A stretch of DNA of 64,000 bases from Candidatus Delongbacteria bacterium (GTDB lineage Bacteria; CAIWAD01). Location: assembly GCA_963663545.1 (NCBI GenBank), contig OY760505.1, positions 2,944,001 to 3,008,000 on the forward strand. Direction: 5' to 3'. The translations under genes were made by a program, and so were the position numbers. Of this stretch, positions 57,769 through 64,000 are shown in pieces; within the stretch, counting starts at the first letter, position 1, and each line of letters opens with the position of its first letter. The notes beneath the pieces were generated by a model. It did not search any database and was not told the origin of the DNA. It saw nothing but the letters and a program-made list of their open reading frames with translations.

Positions 57769-58038
57769 ATGAACATTTACGTCGGTAATCTGCCTTTCCA
57801 GGTGGGTGACGATGAGCTGCGCAATGCTTTTGCCCAGTATGGTGAAGTGTCTTCCGCGCGCGTGGTGATGGATCGTGAGACTGGCCGTTCCCGTGGATTC
57901 GGCTTCGTCGAAATGAACGATGAAGACGGCCGCAACGCGGTCAGTTCCCTGGATGGTAGCGAGCTCGCTGGCCGTACGATCCGTGTGAACGAAGCCCGTC
58001 CTCGTGAGGACAGGCCCCGCCGGCAGCCTCGCTGGTAA
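57769..58038 (+). CDS. RRM (RNP-1) RNA-binding protein
   Basis: RNP2 IYVGNL; RNP1 RGFGFVEM. Confidence 0.93.
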   Translation: MNIYVGNLPFQVGDDELRNAFAQYGEVSSARVVMDRETGRSRGFGFVEMNDEDGRNAVSSLDGSELAGRTIRVNEARPREDRPRRQPRW

Positions 58039-58050
58039 AAAGGCGGACCG

Positions 58051-58827
58051 ATGTCCGATACCTTTGCCATTGTGCTGACAGCCGGTGGCCAGGGTGCCAG
58101 AATGAAAGCGGGACGGCCCAAGCAATTCTTAGAGTTGTTTGGCCGTCCCGTTCTTTATTGGTCCTTGGCCAACCTTGCCCCGCTGGTGGGACATGGTCTT
58201 GCGGAGCTGGTGATCACGCATCCTGCCGGTGAGAAGAAGGAACTGCATCAGCTGCTGCGGGCTTTTCCCGCTGGACATCCATTCTGCCCCTCCAGCCACA
58301 GCCCGCGTTTGCAACTTGTCGAGGGCGGTACCAGTCGCCAGCAGAGTGTGGCTAATGGATTGGCAGCATTGGACTCCGCACGCAGTTCTCATGTCTTTAT
58401 TCACGATGCTGCCCGTCCTTTTGCCAGCGCGGATCTCTTTCTGCGATTGCTGAACCTGCTGCAGCAAAGCGACGCTGCGGGTGCTGTGCCGCTGCTGCCT
58501 GTGGTGGATACGGTCAAGGGCCTTGATGAGCAGCGTGAGTTTGTGCTGAGTACGGTCGATCGCAGTCGCCTGGCTTTGGTGCAGACACCGCAGCTCTTTC
58601 CGATGAAGCTGATTCGTGACCTGCACCTGCGCGCGGCGATGGAAGGCCTGGATCTGACCGACGATTGCGGCCTTGTGGAGCATTACCTGCGACAGCGCGT
58701 GCTGGCTTGCGATGGTCTGCGCTGGAATCTCAAACTCACCCATCCCGAGGACCTGCGGCTGATGCAGGTCTTGGTGGAAGCCGGTCTGGTAGAATTGCCG
58801 GACACAAGCTGGGAGCCCGTCTCATGA
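58051..58827 (+). CDS. ispD: 2-C-methyl-D-erythritol 4-phosphate cytidylyltransferase
   Basis: AGG.G.RM...PKQF, R..SV..GL, HDAARP, QTPQ, TDD and N.K.T..ED motifs. Confidence 0.92.
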   Translation: MSDTFAIVLTAGGQGARMKAGRPKQFLELFGRPVLYWSLANLAPLVGHGLAELVITHPAGEKKELHQLLRAFPAGHPFCPSSHSPRLQLVEGGTSRQQSVANGLAALDSARSSHVFIHDAARPFASADLFLRLLNLLQQSDAAGAVPLLPVVDTVKGLDEQREFVLSTVDRSRLALVQTPQLFPMKLIRDLHLRAAMEGLDLTDDCGLVEHYLRQRVLACDGLRWNLKLTHPEDLRLMQVLVEAGLVELPDTSWEPVS

Positions 58828-59309
58828 TGCGTATCGGTCAGGGCTTTGACGTACATCGCTTTGTGGAAGGACGCCCCCTCATGCTAGGCGGCGTTGAGGT
58901 GGAGCACGATTTTGGGCTCCTGGGTCACAGCGATGCCGACGTTCTGCTGCACGCCATCAGCGATGCGCTGCTGGGTGCACTGGCTCTGGGCGACATCGGC
59001 CTGCATTTTCCCGATACCGACGAGCGTTGGCGCGGCGCCGATTCCTGGCTACTGCTGCGCGAAGTGGGGCGTTTGTTGGCGGACCGTGGCGCACGCGTGC
59101 AGAACGTTGATGCTACCGTCATCTGCGAGCGACCGAAAATTCGTCCTTACGTCGATCGCATGCGACAGCGCATTGCCGACGCACTGGGAGTGGACCCGCA
59201 GCAGGTTTCCGTGAAGGGCACAACCAGCGAAGGTCTGGGCTTCACCGGCCGCCGCGAGGGCATCGCGGCACAGGCCGTTGTGCTTCTGGACTGCGCTCCC
59301 GTCGACTGA
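58824..59309 (+). CDS. ispF: MEcDP synthase
   Basis: [23 protein letters not shown] and [14 protein letters not shown] motifs; ATGA overlap. Confidence 0.95.
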   Translation: MMRIGQGFDVHRFVEGRPLMLGGVEVEHDFGLLGHSDADVLLHAISDALLGALALGDIGLHFPDTDERWRGADSWLLLREVGRLLADRGARVQNVDATVICERPKIRPYVDRMRQRIADALGVDPQQVSVKGTTSEGLGFTGRREGIAAQAVVLLDCAPVD

Positions 59310-59395
59310 AACACACGGACTCGAATCAACAGTCAATAATTCCGATAGCTGTTATGATTCGTGCTCTACGCAAGTAGTCAAAGCGGAGAACAGGG

Positions 59396-62149
59396 ATGTC
59401 CATGTCCCACGTCGCTGACTCGCACTGCCCAGCTGAAGACGACATCGACCAACTGCAGGAACGTGTTCGCGCGCTTGGCGCCGAGTGCGAACGCCTGCGT
59501 AGCGAGAATGACCGACTGCGTCAAACCATCGACAATGTCCCTGCGCTGATTTTCCGCAAGGATTGCCATAACCACATCCTGGAGATCAATCGCACCTTCG
59601 CTGAGCGCATGCAGGTCAGTGCTGCCGACTGGGCGGGACGTTCCTGCGACGAGCTCTTTCCGCCCGATATCGCCAAGGGCTACTGGGAAGCGGATCAGCA
59701 GGTTCTGATTCGTGGAACGGCTTGCCCGCCAGTGTTGGAATACCTGCAATTGCCGGATGGCACACGGCGCGTGTACGAGACCAGCAAAATTCCGCTCTAC
59801 GATGATCAGGGCAGGATCTGTGAAATCCTGGGTCTGGCCATCGACATTGAAGATCAGCTGAAGGCCACCCAGGCCCTTGAAGCCAGCGAGCAGCGTTTTC
59901 GGGAACTCTATGAGGAGCTGAGCCAAGGTGTCGCCTACCAGGATGATACAGGCAAAATCCTGATGGCCAATCCGGCCGCCCTGGAGATACTTGGCTGCAC
60001 GGTCGATGAGTTGCGCACGGCTTCCTCCTTGGACAAGCGCTGGCGGGCGATTCGTCGCGACGGCAGTGTCTACCCCGGTGAAGAGCATCCTGCTATGCTT
60101 GCGCTGAAAACGGGCAAACGCGTCGAACGCCAATTGATGGGAGTGTACAATCCTCGGCAGCAGCGCTACCGCTGGATCAACATCAGCGCGGTTCCGCTTT
60201 TCCGTGAGGGAGAAGCGCGTCCTTACCAGGTGTTCACCTCCTTTGAGGATCTGAGCGTGCTGATCGAGGCCGAGGAGAAGCTGCGCCTGTTCAAGGCTGC
60301 CATCGAGACCAGCCGCGATCTGCTCTTCGTTCTTGATCCCGGGTATCGCTACCTGCTGGCCAACCAGTCGTATCTGCATTCCTGTCAGCGCAGCGAAGAA
60401 GAGCTGCTGGGTGCCCATGTCCGCGACATTCACGGTGAGGAGTTCTTCCAGCGAGTGCGCGTGTACTTTGAGCGTGTCCTGGCTGGTGAGAGCCATACGC
60501 ATGAGCTTGTTCGGGATTTCCCCGGAAAAGCACAACAGGTATTGCTCGTATCACACGCACCCATCCGGAACGGGCAGGGCGAAGTCGTTGCCGTAGCCAC
60601 CAGCGCGACCAACATTACCGAGCTAAAGGAGCGCGATCGCAGCCTGCGCACGCTGTTGGGCAATTTGCCGGGTATGGCCTACCGCTGTCACAATGACCAT
60701 GACTGGTCGATGGCCTTTGTCAGCGAGGGAGCGCTGGCGCTGACCGGCTACTCTCCTGAGAAGCTGATTTCAGGCGAACTGCCCTACGAGAGCCTGATTC
60801 ATCCCGACGATCGCGAGCTTGTGCGAGAAGCCGTGGAAAGTGGGCTGCAGCAGCGGCGGCATTTCGAGATCGAGTATCGAATTCAGACTGCAGACGGCGA
60901 GACACGTTGGGTCTGGGAGCGTGGCATCGGCTTGGGCGAAGGGGTTGAAGCCACCCTGCTGGAAGGCTTTGTCACAGATGTGAGTGCACGTCGCGCTCTG
61001 GAGGAGAGATTGCACCAGAACCAGCGCGTCGATTCCCTGGGGCGGCTGGCAGGTGGTGTTGCCCACGATCTGAACAACTTGCTCAGTCCCATTCTGGGCT
61101 ATTGTGAATTCCTGCAAGAGGATCTAGCTGACCGGCCGGATCAACAGGGGTATGTAAATGAAGTTTCCCGTGCCGCCAATCGCGCGGCACAGCTGACGCG
61201 GCAGCTACTTGCGCTTGGACGTCGTCAGACACTACAGTTGGTGCCGGAAGACGTGAACACGATTTTGAAAAACTGTCGGGAGCTTCTGGCCAGTGCACTG
61301 CGCGAAGAGATCACACTTGAGTTACAGTTGCACGATGGCGAGCTACTCTGCCTGGTGGATCGTGCACAACTTGAGCAGGTGCTGGTCAATCTGGCGCTGA
61401 ATGCGCGCGACGCCATGTCCGGCGGCGGACGTGTGGTGATTCAGAGCGCGTGTATCACGGCGGAGGCCGGTAGTCTTCCTGGGCTGGAAAGTAGTGGCCG
61501 TTTTGCCAGTCTGAGTGTGACGGATAGCGGCTGCGGCATGTCAGAAGAGGTCCTGGCGCGCCTTTTCGAGCCTTTCTACAGCACGAAGCCGCGTACCGCA
61601 GGGTGCGGACTGGGCCTGGCCAGCGCCTTTGGCATTATCAAACAACATAACGGCCATTTATGGGCCGAGAGTCGCGAAGGCTTGGGCAGTGCTTTCCACA
61701 TTCTATTGCCGCTGCGTGATACGGCTGAGTCCCGGGAACCTGAATCGGTATCGAAGACGAAGCTGGCCAAGGAGCAGCTTTCTTGCTGTGTGCTCGTGGT
61801 AGAGGATGAAGAGCAGGTGCGTGCCCTGGCCGTGCGCTTTCTGACGCGAATGGGCTATCGGGTCGTTGCAGCTATGGATGGCCATGACGCCTTGCGCATT
61901 GTCGCGGAGCGGGAGCTGCGGCCCGGCCTTATGTTGAGCGACGTGATCATGCCCGGCATGAACGGCCGTGAACTCTACGATCAGCTTCAGCAGCGGATTC
62001 CCGGGCTGCGCGTGATCTTCATGTCCGGCTACACGGACGATGTGCTGGAAAAGCGCGGCGGTATGCCCGTGGGTGCGCACTTCCTTTCCAAACCTTTCAC
62101 TTATCGCAGTATGGAGGCCAAGATCCAGGAGGCCCTGGGCGAGGCCTGA
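59396..62149 (+). CDS. cytoplasmic multi-PAS hybrid histidine kinase with C-terminal receiver (CckA-like layout)
   Basis: about four PAS/PAC; AGGVAHDLNN; NL..NARDAM; DSGCG; FEPFYSTK; receiver VEDE...SDVIMPGMNG...MSGY...KPF. Confidence 0.92.
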   Translation: MSMSHVADSHCPAEDDIDQLQERVRALGAECERLRSENDRLRQTIDNVPALIFRKDCHNHILEINRTFAERMQVSAADWAGRSCDELFPPDIAKGYWEADQQVLIRGTACPPVLEYLQLPDGTRRVYETSKIPLYDDQGRICEILGLAIDIEDQLKATQALEASEQRFRELYEELSQGVAYQDDTGKILMANPAALEILGCTVDELRTASSLDKRWRAIRRDGSVYPGEEHPAMLALKTGKRVERQLMGVYNPRQQRYRWINISAVPLFREGEARPYQVFTSFEDLSVLIEAEEKLRLFKAAIETSRDLLFVLDPGYRYLLANQSYLHSCQRSEEELLGAHVRDIHGEEFFQRVRVYFERVLAGESHTHELVRDFPGKAQQVLLVSHAPIRNGQGEVVAVATSATNITELKERDRSLRTLLGNLPGMAYRCHNDHDWSMAFVSEGALALTGYSPEKLISGELPYESLIHPDDRELVREAVESGLQQRRHFEIEYRIQTADGETRWVWERGIGLGEGVEATLLEGFVTDVSARRALEERLHQNQRVDSLGRLAGGVAHDLNNLLSPILGYCEFLQEDLADRPDQQGYVNEVSRAANRAAQLTRQLLALGRRQTLQLVPEDVNTILKNCRELLASALREEITLELQLHDGELLCLVDRAQLEQVLVNLALNARDAMSGGGRVVIQSACITAEAGSLPGLESSGRFASLSVTDSGCGMSEEVLARLFEPFYSTKPRTAGCGLGLASAFGIIKQHNGHLWAESREGLGSAFHILLPLRDTAESREPESVSKTKLAKEQLSCCVLVVEDEEQVRALAVRFLTRMGYRVVAAMDGHDALRIVAERELRPGLMLSDVIMPGMNGRELYDQLQQRIPGLRVIFMSGYTDDVLEKRGGMPVGAHFLSKPFTYRSMEAKIQEALGEA

Positions 62150-62174
62150 TCCTATCCATATCCTATCACAAAAG

Positions 62175-62502
62175 GGGCGCGACATTGTCGCAGCCCAGGC
62201 GTACTTGTGCCGTTGCGCGTCTCAAGTCCGGTGCCGCATCTGCGAACCTAGCTTCACGCTTCTGGAGTGCAAATAAAATGGGCGCGGCATCGTCGCAGCC
62301 CAGGCGTACTTGTGCCGCTGCACGTCTCAAGTACGGTGCCGCGCTTGTCAACACTGCTTCCCGTTTCAGGGTGAACAAAAAAGGGCGCGATTTCTCGCGC
62401 CCAGAGTGCCGCGCTTTTCAGCGCGCCGCAGCGTGTGGAGTGCGCTGCGTTTTTTTCATCTGTGGCTTGTGGCAGGCCACAGTCGAAGTCGGTTCCCGTT
62501 TC
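62175..62502. repeat. imperfect ~105-bp direct repeat array (2 full units and 1 diverged), each unit opening with a GC hairpin
   Basis: units start at 62175, 62280 and 62383; units 1-2 share GTCGCAGCCCAGGCGTACTTGTGCCG..GC.CGTCTCAAGT.CGGTGCCGC. Confidence 0.85.
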
Positions 62503-62624
62503 GGCTCATGTCCGAACCGCGTCCACTTGCAGTATCGAGCGCCAGGAAAAATGCTTGAGCCTTTTTTCAACTTTTTTTCGCCTCAGCTTTGAAGGAGTCG
62601 AAAAAAAGCGACGAAGCCACTGAA

Positions 62625-63014
62625 TCAGCTTTGTGCGGCCGGAGGCTCTTCTTCTATGTCCGGTAGCAGCCGCTCGATGCGCAGCACAACCTCGTCCGGA
62701 TCGATGTGCCCGCCCCAACGGGCCTCCACCCTTGTGTGGTGAAAGAGCAGCAGCGAAGGCGTTCCGCGCACACCATAACGTTGCAGGGTAACTGGATTGC
62801 GCATGGCGTTGGCGCGCGCTGTGCGAAGCTCGTCACCGAAATAGCGCTGCAGTTCGGAGAGCAGACCGCTCACCGTGCGGCAGCCGCTTCAAGTGTTCGA
62901 ATACACTTCCAGCAGCAGTGGACGCTCATCCTCACGAAGGAGCTCTTCCAGCATGCCATCCTGGATTTCCTCAGGGCGATTCCCTAGCCCGATCAGCTTT
63001 TTCAGAAAAGACAT
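62625..63014 (-). CDS. thioredoxin-like selenoprotein (UxxC, 129 aa)
   Basis: two track ORFs join in frame across TGA 62889-62891: LLLEVYSNT-U-SGCR...YGVRGTPSLLLF; GGAGG RBS before ATG63014. Confidence 0.85.
62843..62888 (-). promoter_or_regulatory. bacterial SECIS element
   Basis: directly 3' of the UGA: lower stem AGC.GCTGC/GCAGCGCT; upper stem CGG.GAGC-GGTCT-GCTC.CCG. Confidence 0.75.
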
Positions 63015-63200
63015 AACACCTCCAGCGGCCAAACTGGTGAACGTGCGCGGCTCACACAAGCGTGAAAGCGCAAGCCTAGCTTCGTGCTCGCCGTCGTGGC
63101 TCACGCCAATGGGGCGACTACCTTATTTTGCGCATCGGGATCGACGCCAGTATTCGTTGCAGTGGCAGCAGGGTGTTGTATCCACCAAGCTGGGAGCACG

Positions 63201-64000
63201 ATGGAACTGATTGAACTGTGTCGTTTGACCGCGACCCGCCTGGGGATGAAGCTTTCCCAGGTGCAGGCTACGGTGAATCTGCTTGAAGAGGGCAACACCG
63301 TCCCCTTCATCACACGCTATCGCAAAGAGATGACCGGTGGACTGGATGAAGAAGAAATCCGCCGCATCGAAGAGGGACTCAACACCGTTCGCCAGTTGGA
63401 GGATCGCCGGCAGAGCGTGCTGGAAAGCATCGAGAGTCAGGGCAAGCTGGACGACGAGCTGCGTGCGCGAATTCTGGCTTGTGATACATTGACCACCCTC
63501 GAAGATCTCTATCTGCCCTATCGTCCGAAGCGCAAGACGCGAGCGGGTGAAGCGCGCCGCCGCGGACTGGCACCTTTGGCAGCCTGTCTGCTCAGTCGGT
63601 GCCGACCAGGACGTCCCTGGCTGCAGGAGCTGTCCGAGTGGGGCGAAGTGGAGAATCCTTTGAGCGCAGAACGCATAACCGAGTTGGCGAAGTGTGACAC
63701 AGCGGAAGAAGCCGCCAAGGCTTTCTGTCTGCATGAAGAGGTCGCCGACCTGTTGGATGCGCTTGCGGGTGCCCGAGATATCGTGGCCGAATTAATCAAC
63801 GAGGATGCGCAACTGCGTGCTACTCTGCGAGATGCGGGTCAGAAGCGTGTATCACTGCAGTCGAAGTTGGCGGACCCGGCACACGCTGAAGCCGGTCGCT
63901 TTACGATGTATCACGACTTCGGCGAGAGCCTGGCTACGCTTCCGCCTCACCGAATTCTAGCGCTCAATCGTGGCGAATCACTGGGCGTGTTACAACTCAA
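63201..64000 (+). CDS. tex: Tex-family RNA-binding transcription accessory protein (runs off the window end)
   Basis: LLEEGNTVPFITRYRKEMTGGLDE, LEDLYLPYRPKRKTRA and HRILALNRGE motifs; GGGAG RBS. Confidence 0.92.
   Translation, partial: MELIELCRLTATRLGMKLSQVQATVNLLEEGNTVPFITRYRKEMTGGLDEEEIRRIEEGLNTVRQLEDRRQSVLESIESQGKLDDELRARILACDTLTTLEDLYLPYRPKRKTRAGEARRRGLAPLAACLLSRCRPGRPWLQELSEWGEVENPLSAERITELAKCDTAEEAAKAFCLHEEVADLLDALAGARDIVAELINEDAQLRATLRDAGQKRVSLQSKLADPAHAEAGRFTMYHDFGESLATLPPHRILALNRGESLGVLQL

Larger units (their letters stand above)
5135..63914. repeat. dispersed highly iterated heptamer GTGATAC/GTATCAC (family GTRWYAC)
   Basis: about 90 exact copies counted by eye, split roughly evenly between orientations, plus dozens of GTGACAC/GTGTCAC and GTAACAC/GTGTTAC variants. 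Confidence 0.9.

Noticed and set aside
58665..58823. ispD-ispF fusion or frameshift suggested by the extended ispF ORF
   Set aside because: The genes are separate, with an ordinary ATGA overlap at 58824-58827.
55324..60535. Long antisense ORFs (e.g. 55324-56394, 56587-57483, 59378-60535; also 1710-2726, 33059-34102, 38896-39912)
   Set aside because: They are shadow frames of well-supported genes, expected in GC-rich DNA, with no motifs.
62166..62459. Second Sec read-through ORF (MKKTQRTPHAAAR*KARH...) across TGA 62418-62420 on the minus strand
   Set aside because: No RBS, no redox motif and no recognisable family; the following hairpin looks like a terminator or repeat unit.
62175..62502. 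Repeat array as CRISPR
   Set aside because: Only 2-3 long degenerate units, intervening sequences are homologous rather than unique spacers, and there are no cas genes.
62889..62891. Genome-wide TGA reassignment, or a pseudogene, as explanation of the internal stop
   Set aside because: TGA ends many intact genes here, often in ATGA/GTGA overlaps; the catalytic position and SECIS-like hairpin favour Sec.
5135..63914. GTGATAC as a Chi/KOPS-like polar site, matS, or a transcription-factor regulon
   Set aside because: It shows no strand skew, does not match matS (GTGACRNYGTCAC), and most copies are intragenic and too frequent for a regulon.

Overview
A GC-rich (roughly 58%) bacterial chromosomal segment with no prophage, IS element or CRISPR array. 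The two proteins ending in a 'YPNPFNP' T9SS/FlgD-type tail, a DUF4295/bL38-like gene and Shine-Dalgarno-led genes suggest an FCB-related lineage (inference). It holds about 50 CDS and a tRNA-Glu(CTC). Housekeeping genes include truD, sufE, trpF, recJ, xerD, rnhB, deoB, yebC-ruvCAB, queA, ispD/ispF, tex and two sppA. There are also transporters, glycosyltransferases, an MCP, a PAS hybrid kinase and several large secreted proteins. Signals the ORF track does not explain: (1) a highly iterated quasi-palindrome GTGATAC/GTATCAC (family GTRWYAC), about 90 exact copies counted by eye against 6-8 expected, on both strands and inside genes; (2) a thioredoxin split at an in-frame TGA that forms a UxxC motif, followed by a SECIS-like hairpin (selenoprotein); (3) sigma-54-type promoters before secreted-protein genes and an unannotated double-glycine-leader-like peptide; (4) a tandem pair of uncharacterised secreted putative metallohydrolases, and a C-terminal domain shared by three secreted proteins; (5) orphan BMC vertex genes behind deoB; (6) a 105-bp hairpin repeat array; (7) a missed 50-aa bL38-like gene. 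All calls come from motif recognition by eye; no database searches were run.
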